A stretch of DNA of 64,000 nt from the human T2T-CHM13v2.0 reference genome, Homo sapiens, in assembly GCF_009914755.1 (NCBI RefSeq), contig NC_060932.1, one strand, 5' to 3'. Positions within the stretch are counted from its first letter, which is position 1, and each line of letters opens with the position of its first letter. Both the position numbers and the translations under genes were made by a program. The notes under the pieces were generated by a model, which saw only the letters and a list, made by a program, of their open reading frames with translations, was not told the origin of the DNA and did not search any database. Positions 1 through 13,350 of this stretch are shown piece after piece.

Positions 1-2080
1 TGTAGCTAGGGGTTATAGCTAACTCCAGGTGTCATAGGCCTTACCTAGCTGTAAAGCGAGGCAAGTTGTACAGTTAATTTATAGTGCCATTTTATGAAAC
101 ATTTAGGAGGCCTAGTAACTTTTACATTGTGCAACATTTCCTGCATAAATTCCCTTTCATGAATTCTTTTATGACTTACACAGACCATCTATGACACACT
201 TGGACTTTCTGACTTGTCCTAAACATCCCTCTTTTTAAATAACCAGTTGTTTTACTTTAGGACAAGAATTTACCATACAGGATCCTTTCTTATATAAAAT
301 CTCTTTTCTTTATAACCTTCTTTGCATAGCTGGGGGCATGGCTAATTCCACATGTCCCCAGGCCTTATCTAGAATCTAATGCTAACAATTTTTAAAAGCC
401 AAAGAAGCAGTTTATGATCTTAAAGTATTAAGCAAACCTATTAGCTGACCTGCATAATTTAGATGAAATGTTTATATTTTTGAAGATATTTTTATTTTAC
501 CAATAATTTTCAAAACTATTTTTAATTCCCAAAGTTTACTAAAGTCACATGAACTAAAAGGCATTACACTTTTTACTTTTCTGACAAAATATTTGATTTA
601 AACTCTTATTTTTTAAGCCAATTAATTACAGCACTTTTATATTATACACACAACACATAAGCACACAGAAAGACAGATGATAAAGGACTTATTCCCTAAG
701 CCAGGAATTGAACCCTGAATGTGGATCACCATTATGATGGCAGAGGCCAAGAGAAAGTACTGCCATGTGGTTACAAGGTCAAGCTCCGAAGGACATGAAT
801 GACCAGTTTGCTGGGCTATCCTGAACAATGGGCTTATGGGGTCCTAGGTCCATGTTCAATCCTAAGATACCCCTCTTTATAAGAGAACATTACAGAAAGA
901 CACAAAACACAACAGATTCACTACAATTTAAGGTTAGCCTCACAAACCCTTTTTCCAATTAATCAAAACTTTATAGAGGAGATAAACAGTGATTTCTGCA
1001 TTTATTCAACCGATTTGCACAAAAAGGGAGAGAGCGAGAGGGGCCAGAAGTCTGACTGGTAAGAAATTCTTAGCCGTTTGCAGGCATGCCAGGCTTCTGG
1101 GTTCCCTTTCCCTGAGCAGCTGTAGTGACCCAGCTGGCTGCACTACAGCCCTGGGGGCCAAGCCACAACACAAAGGAAAATTATCATTTTCTATTCAGGC
1201 CAGAGCAAAACATGTGTGACAAAACCTAGACATTAGCCACTCTGCTTAGCACCCAATATCAAATTGGCAAGGCTCAAACTTGCCTCCAGTTGGGCCTCAT
1301 TGTTGTTAATCCAAACTCTGACCAGGAATTTCACCTTGTGGTTTCTGGGCAAGATGCTCACCCTGAATAACAGAAAAGTTAGAAAAAAGAAAGGGAGAAA
1401 AGTATTGCCTGTGGCAGGGTGGAGAAGGCAAGGAGCCTCAGGGAGGCCAGAGAAAGGCCTGCCCATCACAGTGACACTGAATCAAAAGTTCAGGTGGCTG
1501 CTTGCCAGTTGGGAAAGGATCTTTTCCAGCAGTCTCATTAGCTCTTAAGTGTTCTCTTTTGGGGAGGAAAAATCTCCTCACGTCCCATGGTCCTCTACAT
1601 GCCTAATTCTGTCATCCATACCCATCAGCAAAGAGTGCAAGACAAGTTAATCCAAAGAGAATAGCAGTTAACATCCCACAGTGCCAAATCCATTCTTAGC
1701 CAAGAGGGACTTTAGTGAAAGGGACCTCTAACCCCCTAAATCTTAGGAAGAACTCTAACCTTCCTAAGTTGGGCCTCAGGGGACCTTTAACCAACTCTGT
1801 CTTAGGAGAGACTCTAACTCCCCTAAGTTGGGCCTGTAGCCCAATCCCATCCTTTACCCAGGTATATGCACCCCTCTTACCCAGTCAGCCCAGTCAGATA
1901 ATTTTCCTTTGGGTTGGGGGTCTCTTTAGTATCATCCCTTCAGTGGTGTGCCAGAAAGATGTTACTGGACCCCACCACATACCCAAAATTAGGCTTTGGG
2001 TTGGGGTTTTCCTCAGTATTGTTCCTTCTGTGGTCACCAGAAGGACGTTAGTATAGTTCCTTGGTGGTTCAGCGGAAGGA
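1..2080 (-). mobile_element. ERV1-class (MER4-group-like) internal/leader sequence, degenerate
   Basis: Adjoins an LTR end at 2081 (TGT on + = ...ACA on -). PBS-like TGG(C/T)-ACCAC-GAAGG(G/A)A motifs lie on the minus strand at ~1934-2075. No intact gag/pol ORF. Family assigned from memory. Confidence 0.65.
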
Positions 2081-2235
2081 TGTTACCAGAAAGGGGTCTC
2101 AGTCCAGCCCCCAAGAGAGTTTTCTTGGCTCTCACACAAGAATGAATCTGAGGTGAATCCATACAGTAAAGTGAAAGCAAGTTTATTAAGAAAGTAAAGA
2201 AATCAAAGAGTGGCTACTCCATAGACAAAGCAGCC
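2081..2235 (-). mobile_element. Truncated ERV1 LTR (U5/R part; MER41/MER51/MER61-like)
   Basis: tgttaccagaaaggggtc...ccccaagagag...gtgaaagcaagtttattaagaaagtaaag...ggctactccatag resembles the reverse complement of MER4-group LTR 3' ends. AATAAA on - at ~2182-2187. Confidence 0.65.
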
Positions 2236-3522
2236 ATATTTTCCCTTTCTTAGTAATGAACTTTGATGCACAAAAGTGTTTACTTTTGATGAAGTTCAAG
2301 TTTGTCTATTTTTGGTTTCTTATTCTTTATAATCATGTTTATGAAACCACTACTTAATCCAACCTCAAAAATATGTATACTATGTTTTCTTCTAAGAGTT
2401 TTATGGTGTAAGCTCTTAAGTGTAGGTCTCTGATCCATATTAAATTAATTTTTATACATTGTATGAAGGAGGGATCCAAATTTATTCTTTTGAATGTGGG
2501 TTTGTTGTTGTCACAGCACCATTTGTTGAAGAGTCTATCCTTTTCCTCATTGAATGGTCTTGGAAATATTGTCAAAAATCAATTTACCATAGATATATGT
2601 ATGGGTTTATTTCTAGACCCTGAATCCTATTCCACTGATCTATCCTTTTGCCAGTATCACATTGTTTGGATTACTATAGCTTTGTACTAAGTTTTGAAAT
2701 TTCAAAGAGTGAGTCCTCCTTTTTCTCTTTCAAGGTTGTTTTGGTTACATGGGGTTTCTTGCATTCCAAACAAATTTTAGAATAGGGTGTCCATTTCTTA
2801 AAGCAACAAAGGATCTGGAATTTTGATAGGAATCACATTAAATCTATAGATTGCTTTGGAAGGTGTTAATATCCTAATATTAAGTAATGCAGTATACAAA
2901 CATAGGATGTCTTTACACTTATTTGTGTCTTCTTCAATTTCTTTTAGCAATGTTTTGTAGTTTTCAGTGTATAAGTCTTTTACCTCTTTTGTTAGGTTAT
3001 TTCTAGGTATTTTATTCTTTAGGATGCTATTGTAAATGGATTCTTAACTTCATTTTTTTAGATTGTTATTGCAAGTGAATGGAGATACAATTGATTTTTG
3101 TATATTGATGTTGTATTCTGCAAATTTGCTGAACTCATTTATTAGCTCTCATGCTTTTTTGTGATTTCTTTAGGGTTTTCTCTATATAAGTTCATGTTAT
3201 CTGTGAGTATAGTTTTCTTCTTTATTCCCAATCCAAATGCATTTTGTTTATTTCTTCTGCCTAATTGCTCTGGCTTGAATTTTCAGTACAATGTTGAAAG
3301 GAAGTGGCAAGAGCAGACTTTTTCTTGATCTTAGGGAGGTAAGATTTTTAGTCTTTCACTAGTTAAGTGTGTTATTAATGGTGGATTTTTCATAGGGGCC
3401 CTTTATCAGGTTGAGAAAACATCCTTCTATTCCTAATTTGCTGAGGGCTTCTTATCATGAGAGAATGTTGGATATTTTTTCAAATGCATTTTCTGCATCT
3501 ATTGAGATGATCATATCTTCTT

Positions 3523-3629
3523 TACCTTTATTAATAATATAATTTATTATTTATTAATAATAAATACCTTTATTAATAATATAATTTATTATTTATTAAT
3601 AATAAATACCTTTATTAATATAATTTATT
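3523..3629. repeat. 42-bp AT-rich tandem duplication (~2.5 copies) inside the old L1
   Basis: tacctttattaataatataatttattatttattaataataaa starts at 3523, 3565 and (partially) 3607. Confidence 0.9.
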
Positions 3630-4475
3630 GCATTGATTGATTTTCATATGTTGAACCACACTTCATTCATGAGATAAATTCCACATATAGTGTATAGTTA
3701 TTTTAATATGCTCCTGGATTCAGTTTGCTACTATTTTATTGAGGATATTTGAATCTGTATTCATAAAGAATATTGGTCTAGAGTTTTCTTCTCCGTTTTT
3801 CTCCTCATCTTCCTCCTCTTTCTCCTTCTTCTCTTCTTTCTCTCCCTGTCTCTTTTTGCCTTCTTCCTCCTCTTATCTTTTTTGTGATTTTTTTCTTTCC
3901 TGCTTTTGCTTTGGTTTTGGTCTGGCTTTATAACCAGTGTAATACTAATAGTTATAGAATAAGTTAGGGGTATCCCCTCCTCCATCTTTCAAAAGAGTTT
4001 GAGAAGGATTTGTGTTAATCCTTCTTTATTTGTTTTGTAGAATTCACTAATGAGACTGTCTGATTCTCAGATTTTTGTTGGGAGGTTTCTTTTTTACCAG
4101 TTTAATCTGCTTGCCTGTTATAGGTCTATTGATATTTTCAGTTGCTTCATTAGTCAGTTTTGGTAGACTGTGCATTTCTAGGAATTTGTCCATTTCATTG
4201 AGGTTATATAATTGTTGACATACCATTATCCATAGTATTCTCTTAGAAACCTTTTTATATTAGTAAGATCTGTGGTAATGTCACCACTTTATTCTTGGTT
4301 TTAGTAATTCAATTCCTCTTATTTATTTATTTATTTATTTATTTATTTTTGGCCAGTCTGCCCAAAAATTTGTCAATTTTGTTGATCTTTTCAAAGAACA
4401 TACTTTTGGTTTCCTTGATGTTCTCCATTGTTTTTCTATTATCTATTTTGTTTATCTTTTCACTAATCATTTCTA

Positions 4476-4710
4476 CAGTTGAACCTTGAAAACCATTGGG
4501 TTGAACTAGGTAGGCCCACTTATATGTGGATTTTTGTCAACTAACATAGATTGAAAGTACAGCATGTGCAGGATTAAAAACACATTTCCAAGGGCTAACT
4601 TTTTGCATATGTGGGTTACACAGGGCCAACTGCCAAACTTGAGTATGCACAGACTTTTGTATATGTGGAAGTCTTGAAATGAATCCTTTGTGTATCCTGA
4701 GGGACAATTA
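4476..4710. mobile_element. MER8-like (Tigger-derived) MITE inserted in the old L1
   Basis: Starts TA|CAGTTGAACCTTGAA and ends ...GAGGGACAATTA|TA. Internal motifs (ccacttatatgtggattttt, gggccaactg, cttgagtatgc) fit the MER8/Tigger2 pattern, with TA target. Confidence 0.75.
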
Positions 4711-7387
4711 TATTTTCCTCTTCTCCTTGTTTTGGGTTTCGCTTGCTCTTTTCCTTCATTTTCTAAAAAGGTATTTAGGTTAGGCTGTTAATTTGACATC
4801 TTTCTATGGCTATAAAATTTCTTCAAAGAACTGTTTTTTTTTTTGATGTCCCATAATTTTGTTTTCTTTTTAATTTTTGTTTTCATTCACTTCAAAGTAT
4901 TTTCTAATTTTTCTTATGATTTCCTTGGCCTACTTTTATTTAGAAATGTATTGTTTAATTCCCACATAGTTGGAAACTTTCCAAATTTCCATTTGTTATT
5001 GATTTCTAATTTCATTCCATTGTTGTCAGAGAACATATTTTGTATAATTTTAATCTTTTAAATAAATTGAGTCTTGTTGTTGTATAACAGATGGTCTATC
5101 TTAGAAAATGTTCCATGTGAACTTGAAAAGAAAGTATATTTTGCTATCTGGAGGTGGAGTGTGCTATATATATTTGTTAGGTCTAGTTGGCTTATAGTAT
5201 TATTCAAGTCCAGTATTTCTGATATTCTTTCTAGTTGTCTATTTTTGAAAATGAGGTACTGAAACCTCTGACAATTATTGTTGAATCTTCTTTTCTTCCT
5301 TTAGTAGTCTCTCTATTAGTATTTGCTTCATGTATTTTGGGCCTTGACTTTTACGTCATATACATTTATAATTGTTATATCTTGGTGGATTGACCCTTTT
5401 GTCATTAAATAAAGCTTTCTTTATGTCTCATAATAATAATTGTCTTAAGATATCTTTTTTCTGATATTAGTTTCACTATCTGGCTCTCTTGACTATTTGC
5501 ATAAAATATTTTTTCCCAACCTTTTACTTTCAACCTATGTGTGTCTTTGAATCTACAGTGGGTCTCTTGTAGACATCACATAGCTGGATCATATTTTTAA
5601 TATCTATTCTGCCAATCTCTGCCTCTAATTTGGACAGTTTAATCTATTTATATTTAATATAATTATAAAGAATCACTTGCTTTTGCCATTTTGCTATTCT
5701 TTTCTATATGTCTTATCTTTTGTGTCCTGAAATTCATCTATTACTGCCTTCTTTTGTGTTAAAGAGATCTTTTTTACTGTACAATTTTAATTCTCTTGTT
5801 CTTCTTTTGCTATGTATTTTTTAGTTATTTTCTTAATAATTGCCCTGGAGAGGATGCTTAACATCTTAATTTATAACATTCTAGTGTGAATGAATGCCAA
5901 CTAAGTTTTAATAATATACAAAATCTTTGCTCCCATATAGTTCCATCCTCCCCTTTATATTTTTCACAAATCATGCCTCTAGTCATTGTGTGCCCATCAA
6001 CTTAGCTTTATAATTATTGTTTTATAAAGTCTTATTTTAAATGAGATTTTTTTTTAGATTACAAGAAAAAAATAAATACTGAATTTCATATTTACCTATA
6101 TAGTTACTTTTACTAGTGTTCTTTTTTTCATATGGATTTGAGTTATCATCTAGTATACTTTCATTTCATCTGAAGAGCTCCATTTACCATTTCTTGCAGG
6201 AAAGATCTGGTAACAAGAAACAACACAGTGTTTGCTTATCTGGGAAGGGCTTAATTTCTCCTTTATTTTTGAAGGATAGTTTTGTCAGATATGGAATTTT
6301 CTATTGATTTTTTTTTTCCTTTCAGCACTTTGAGCACATCATTTTGCTGCTTTCTGGCCTCCATGGTTTCTGATGAGAAATCAGCTATCATCATATAGAA
6401 TATCTCTTTTAAGTGATAAGTTGCTTTTCTCTTACTACTTTCAAAGTATTGTCTTTGTCTATTTTTTTCTACAATTTGATTATAATGTATCTTGGTTTAG
6501 ATCTCTTTTAGTTTATTAAGGTCTATGAATGTGTAGATTATTGCTGTTTTTCAAATTCAGGAACTTTTTGACCATTATTTTTTCAAATATTTTTCCATCC
6601 CTTTCTATCTTTCCTCTCCTAGGAATCCCATTACGCATATGTTAACACACTTGGTAATATCACATAGGGTCTTGTAGGTTCTTTTAATTTTTAAAATTAT
6701 TTTTCTGTTTCTCAGATTGAATAATCTCAGTTGACCCAAGTTATTGTCCACTGGTAATTCTTTCTGCTCGAATTTGCTGTAGAGTCTCTCTAGTGAATTT
6801 TCAATTTTAGTTATCATGATTGTCAACTCCAGAATTTTAATGATTCCTTTTTATAATTTCTGTCTATTTATTGACTATCTCTTTTTAAAGATATATTTTT
6901 CTTGTGGTTCCTTTAGTTATTTTGGCATGATTTTCTTTAGTTCTTTGAACATATTTAAAATATGTGATTTAAAGTCATTATCTAGTAAGTCCAGTGTATG
7001 GGCTCCTTCAGAGACAGTTTCTTCCTTTCTTTTTTTGTGTGTGACAGTTTCCTTCTGCCCTATCTTTTTCTGTGTATGAGCCATACTTTTTAATTTCTTT
7101 GCATGTCTCATATTTCTTTTTTTTTGGAAACTGGACATTTTGAATATTATTAGGGGCAGCTTTGGAAAACAGATTTCTGACTCTTTTGGATTTGTTTTTG
7201 CTGCTTGTCGTAGTTGTTATTGAATGTTTACTGAATTTTCTGAAATAACTTGGTGAGGTCTCTATTACGGCTGTGAGGCGTGACTGAAATCTCTATTTGT
7301 TAGTTTAGTGGTTAGCTAGTAGTTGAACAGAGATTACCTTAAACATCTGGAAAAAACATTTTTCATATTCTCCAGTCTTTACAGATG

Positions 7388-7389
<2 letters not shown>

Positions 7390-7422
<33 letters not shown>
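7390..7422. repeat. (TG)n microsatellite
   Basis: Direct read. Confidence 0.95.
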
Positions 7423-7424
<2 letters not shown>

Positions 7425-9149
7425 GTGACACATCTTCCACATTCAGCTAGGTAGTTGACAATTCTGCCCTAGACTTCACTTTCTACATGAACAGAGCTTA
7501 GTGGTCAGCCAGAGGTGAGAGCTGAGGGCTTTCTTCTTTTCTTTTCTTTTCTTTCTTTCTTTTTTTTTTTCTGAGCATGCACACAACCCTGGGCATGCAC
7601 ATGGACTTCTAGATTCCCAGGAATATGTCAGACTGTTTCAAATCTTTATTTTCCAACATATCTAATTTCCCAAACTTTCCTTTCAAGTTTCAGTTAGTCT
7701 ATTCTTTGTCCCAACTATGATCTATAACTAAAAACCACAGTAACTAATACATCTGCCCATAAATAATTTTTTTGAAAAATGAGTTAGGTGAGTTGCTACA
7801 GCCACAAGACAGGTCAAACAATCACAATTCTTTATAAATGAGATCAATTCTCTTCCCTCTTGTACAAGTACCTGTACCACAAATGCAGGCTGTTTCTCTC
7901 ACGGCCACCACTGAGCTGGAGAGTAGGGGCTGGGACCATGGTAAGCTACAATGCCACAAATCTTGCTATTCTAACTAAGAGTCAGCTGGCTTTGCCTGAG
8001 AGACTTTCATCCTGGTTGCTGAAAGTTTTTACTTAGTTTTCATAGCTCTAAAAAAGTTGTTCCTGGCATTTTTTTTGCCAGGCTTTTCATTGTTTTTATG
8101 AAGGGATGGACTTATAGATGTTCTTACTCTATCATTTTCACTGATATAACTTTTATAACTTTTCATAATCTAATAGTGAAATGTGAAGTCAAAATTTCAA
8201 AGAAATTGTTTTCCTCTTGGGATAACTGTGCTTAAGAAAATCGTCTCTTCTTAAACTATTTTTAGAGAAGAACTTAAAAGTAGTGAACCAGATTTTCTTT
8301 ACAAATAAAAACAAAAGATATATAGAATTAAAAAGTAAAATTTGGCCATAATAAAAATGGATTTACTCCATCTTAAACATTTTAAACAATCTGATTTACA
8401 AATACAATAAAAATATAGAATAACAAGGCACTGTCCACCATTTTTCACTTCTCATTCAAGTAATGATTTAAAAATTAATGAATAAAAAAATAAAGAACTC
8501 ACTGTGAATTCACAAGGTTCTCATACAAAAGTCTTAAGCCATGCTATTTTGAATGTGACTCGCAGATCCAAACTTAAAGACTATAGTCAGAGTGGAAACA
8601 ATATAAAAGCAATGTGTATTATAAAACAATATGAGAAGAAAAGATGCTGTGATGCAGACTGTTAAAAGCCATTTAGAAAACTTTTATCTTTTCCAGTCCT
8701 CTCCCTCAATCCTTCACTCTAAAGTTTTTTCTTCTTCCTCCACCAGTGATACTGAGTTGATATCAGTCACTAATACTCTAGCAAGAGTGATTCCAGAGCA
8801 CAGCCTGGTCTGGATGAGACTGTTGGTAGCTGTTTCCCAGGAATTACTAGATTCCACATAGTATCTTCAGCTTAAACAATGTACTATAGAGGTATAATTG
8901 TATTTTCCAACACCACTTTTCATTGTAGTAAATATTTTTATCTACGTGGGTTAAAAGGGCCTCTGTGGATTACCCTGAGAATTCTTTTACATATGTCTAT
9001 GTAGGCAGAGGGCTATAGAGATTTAGATAGTTCATGTGAGGAATAAAACATCCATATAACAGGCTCACAAATGAACATTTGGAACCTAACTTATTTATAA
9101 AACATGAAGCCCCCACATTTCAGACACCTTTTATGTGCCATCACAGATT

Positions 9150-9630
9150 CTTATAGAGCCAGAGGAGTAACCGGTTCTGCTGTGGCTTCAGCCAGTTTCG
9201 TGCAGGTATATTCTGATAACACTTTGCCTCATGCCCTCCATGAAGGCCTCTGCTGACATGACTGCTGAAGTAGGGTAACCTTCTGAATGCTCACCCAAAT
9301 ACAGCTTAGAAGCACTCCAACGAACGGACGTTTGATGGATTGGACACAAAAGCTCTCATGGATAGATGCTTCCTTCCTTCCTACCCTATAAAGTCCTGAA
9401 ATGTGCTTCATAAGGTTCTTCAAAATGTCTCATGGGATTTACCAAGCAGTTGCACCATAGCAACGGCCAACTCAAGGAGGTATCTTTCTATTGGTTTTCC
9501 CTTCTTTCTTGCCTCGCCCCACACCCCCACCCCCATCTCTCTCCTTTATATTTCCTGGATCACATTTTCCAAGAAAGCACATCCACTTAAGACTTTGTTT
9601 CAGGTTCTGATTTCTGGGGAATCCAATTCT
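9150..9630 (+). mobile_element. Probable old ERVL-class LTR remnant (LTR16/LTR33-like)
   Basis: The 3' part (tggatcacattttcc...gactttgtttcaggttctgatttctggggaatccaa) resembles ERVL LTR ends. Heavily diverged. Confidence 0.35.
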
Positions 9631-12600
9631 AGGAACCCTGACTTTAAAATCATCCATGAATAATATACTAAAGAATTATATTGGTATAAATTAGAGGTTT
9701 AGAATAAGATGCAAATCAAAAAATAAACAAAAACGTAGATACTACCCACATTTGTCTAGTTCAGTATGTATGAACAAACGTATTGTAGCATACATACACG
9801 TACACACAATCACCTCTTTATTTCATGTGAAAAGAAATTTTAATTCAAGAATGTGGTGTTGCTGTGTTTCTCAGGTCCAGTGCTTTTGACTGGACGATAG
9901 AAAGGAAATGTTCTCTATGGAAATTATAATATTAGTGGGGGGATTTCACAAGCTGAGATTTTTTTAGCTTGAAGGTAAGAACAAATGAGTCTTCAATCCT
10001 GGAGGTGCAGAGTACACTAACAAGTGTATGGTGCATCCTTTAAGTCTTTCCTTATGGGATCTTTGGTTATAAAATTCCAGAACAAGCTATCATCAAACAA
10101 TTGTGAACACAATCCTATCATCAGTAGGCTCAGAACTGAAAGCTTTGCTTAATGTGTCAAGTAAGAATATGATGTAGGCTCATTCTGATAGGCACTATCA
10201 CATTTTATTCACACGGCACCACATGTTCACACTGACTTATCTAAAATCCATGCACTTTAACGCTTTGGCCAGCTCTCCCTGAAGCTCACACATGCTTCAT
10301 TCATAGACTGAATGCTCCATATGCGTCTTATACGAGTCCAATGAAAGAACTAGCTAAACTGTCTCTTGTGCAATGAAAGCTCTGTCACTCCATATCATCA
10401 TTGGTCCTACTTTGGCTAAGCTTAGACACTTTGTTTCTTGTTGCTGGAGGAGAATCCTGAGAAAGCTATTGAGTGACAGCTACGGTATCAGCAGATACCA
10501 CTTGGCATCCTTAATTTGTCCAAATCATGCTCCAGTCTTGAATTTTAAATGTTGATTTCCTGTGGGGTGTTTTTTTCTTCTTCTCCTGGTTTAACGCTCT
10601 CTGAATGACAAACAGCAGACTTAAAGTACAAAGGGAACATTATCAGAAAGGTTATATGTCTCTGGTAATATAACCAGTGCTGGTTAAATATGAAGGTAAA
10701 ATAAATAACTGTCTTTATGTCTAATATTTCAAGAACTGTAAAAGCTTCCAAATAGCTTTCTTAGAACAGAATGGGCACCTAAAATTTCACCATTACTTAT
10801 GTGTTTATCAATGAATTTAGAGTCAGAAAACATACTGTTTTAGTACTAGCAATGACACTTGCTTACTGTGTCACTCTGATAAGTGACATAATTTTTTACC
10901 GTTATTTCACCATCAATAAAATATAGATAATAACACCTTCATAACTACTTTACAAAGCTATCGCAAGGAGCAAATTAGAAAATAATAGCAAACTATAAAA
11001 TATATATGAAGATAATGAGTTTCTCTTATTACCATCAGTAATTTCTCTTCATTACTAATAGCATAAATTTATGTAATATCAATAATTCACATCTTTATGT
11101 GAATTTGAAGATCTAAAAGTATATTTCAATAGGATATGCCCCAGGATTTCTGAGGCAAGTTGGTAGATATGAGTGTGCTAAATAAGAGTGGTAAAGATCC
11201 CAAAAGAATAGTGTGAAGTTCTGAAGATAAATTTACCAACTCCTTAACAAAGCTAAGATTCAGTTTTGATAATAATTTTGCCTATCCCTCCTCAATCTGT
11301 AGGAATAACTGGCAGTATGCTAAGTGGGCTGACAAAGGTGTTGCTATCAAAAGGCAGTGCAACTGGACCAGTAGGGAAAGGCTATCTAGAGCCACTCAGG
11401 TCCTACCCTCAGGGACCTGAGGAGACAAATACAGGCAGCTATGATTTTTGTACCTCATTCTTCTGTGGAGGAAAGGTAATTTCCTTACCTTATAAAACAA
11501 ACCTGGTGTACCTGAGTACTTATGCATCTTGAAGGAGTTTTGTTCACTATAGTCATGAAGGATGGTAGAGCTGATGATCTTAAATAAATAGAGACTTCCT
11601 GTGTCTATCTACTCTGGTGAAATGACTTTACTGGTTCTCAGAAACTGCATAGCACTTGGTATGTCTCTTGTGATATTAATCACATTCTGATGTCATTATT
11701 TTATTCAATTTTCCACCTCTTTCACACCATTTAAATTTCAAATTATTTTGTGGCTAGAAACAATGTCTTACTCCTGTTTATATTGTTTATAAGCAACTAT
11801 GGCACAGTGCCTTGAGAGAGTTGATGATTACTGAGGAAAAAAAAAGAAAGAATGAAAAATACAGACAAAATCATTGGTGTAAATTATTCTGATATGGTAA
11901 TACCTTTCTGCTAAGAAATTGAGGCCATGTGCATTAGTGATTTGAATAAAAATTTGAAAATGGGATTCTACCTTGTAGTCAAGCCAGCCTATTAATTGCT
12001 TTTATAAAATTATTTCCTTTCTATAATTTCAGGACAAAAATATTGACTTAGAGTTGATTCCAAACATGAATAAGTCTAAATATAAAGCCATGTATAAATT
12101 AGGAAAACTATAGAATTCCTATTTTTTAATTAAAAAGATTTTAAAGGAATAAAATGTGAAATTTTCATGTCAAAATAGAAAAAAATGATGTGGAATTCCC
12201 AACACATAAAAGATGAACATACCTTAAGGCTTTTCCTACAAAGAAAGGACACTACTCCAATAGTGCAGGGTTTGTTTGTTGTTTTATCCATGTATTTCCC
12301 TGCAGAGGAAAGGACCGTGGTTAGGTAAAGGGAAGAAGAAAAAGTCTAACAGTAAAAGTGTGGTATTTCCACATGAGGAAGAAAATCTGAAGTGAAACCA
12401 TTAGTCTACAGATGAAATTTCTATGAGAAAACTATTTTGCAGAAATGGAGAGGCCTCATGCTGTGTTCAGCACAATGGCACTACTAGTTGGGGAGGGAGC
12501 CTGTGGATGAATGTGAAGTACACAATGGCCTGCTGTGTAATTAAAGAGGATGTTAGAAAGATTGAGAAACCCCATACTGTGTCCACGAAGAATACAGATA

Positions 12601-13159
12601 CTTTTAGGGAGATGTGATAGAGTTATACAACTAGTCACCAGGTTTTCAAAATAAATTAAAGGGTACCTGTTAATCTTTAGAGGTTGATGACACTTATTTC
12701 TCTTTTCAGACTAAAAGTGCTGATTGATTGATTGCTGCTTGATCTGTTTTTGATATTACTTTGTTTTCTTTTTTCTTTCCAAAAGCCATATAAGTTTGTG
12801 AAGAATAACAATTTTTGATGGAACAGCTATGGTTATAGTTTTGAAGAATAAAGTATCTTTAAAATAATTCAATCAAAACATGTCATTAAATTTTAAAAGC
12901 CTGTGGGCAAAATACATGGCAAAAGGAAACTGTGAGGCATTAATCCAAGCCGTGGTCACCTTGAAAAATCAGTGTCCTTTGGTTGAGTTTCTTTTTCCTT
13001 CTCTTCTCTATTAAGGACAATGGAATTAATTTTATGAGCTTCCTGTATGCGCTGAAGAGAAGGAAGTGTAGACCATGTTAAGGTTTCCAGTGAATTTTAA
13101 AAGTTACTGAAGATGGGGTTTCTTTCCACCTTCATATGTTCTTTTATGACTGCTTTTAA

Positions 13160-13350
13160 ACCCTCATCCTGCATGAAACTTAGCTGGCAAGCTTTTTAAA
13201 AACTGGTTGTTCACCTTCCATGCATCCCCCCAACCCTGAGTTTCTAATTCAGTTGCTCTAAGTGGTACCAAAGAATCCTATTTTCAAACCCCTCCCCTGC
13301 ACCTGCTACCACCAGTTGATTCTGACATATAACCCAATTTGAGACCCACT
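13160..13350. mobile_element. MER5-like hAT DNA transposon remnant
   Basis: Motifs tttctaattcag...ggtacc, ccagttgattctgac, tttgagacccact. A second similar remnant lies at ~14120-14330. Confidence 0.45.

Larger units (their letters stand above)
2237..8150 (-). mobile_element. Old degenerate LINE-1 (L1M-class): ORF2, ORF1 and 5' remnants
   Basis: Minus-strand peptides resemble ORF2 (LFNKWCCDN..LDP..IKINLIWIRDL..TIKLLEENI at 2354-2575) and ORF1 (6605-7138). T-rich + strand with many stops and frameshifts. Boundaries approximate. Confidence 0.85.

Noticed and set aside
3739-3985. Ser/Phe-rich and Arg/Lys-rich ORFs
   Set aside because: Translation of a pyrimidine-rich low-complexity tract inside the old L1.
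9763-9798. Short hairpin gtatgtatg...catacatac
   Set aside because: A 9-bp low-complexity stem, expected by chance.
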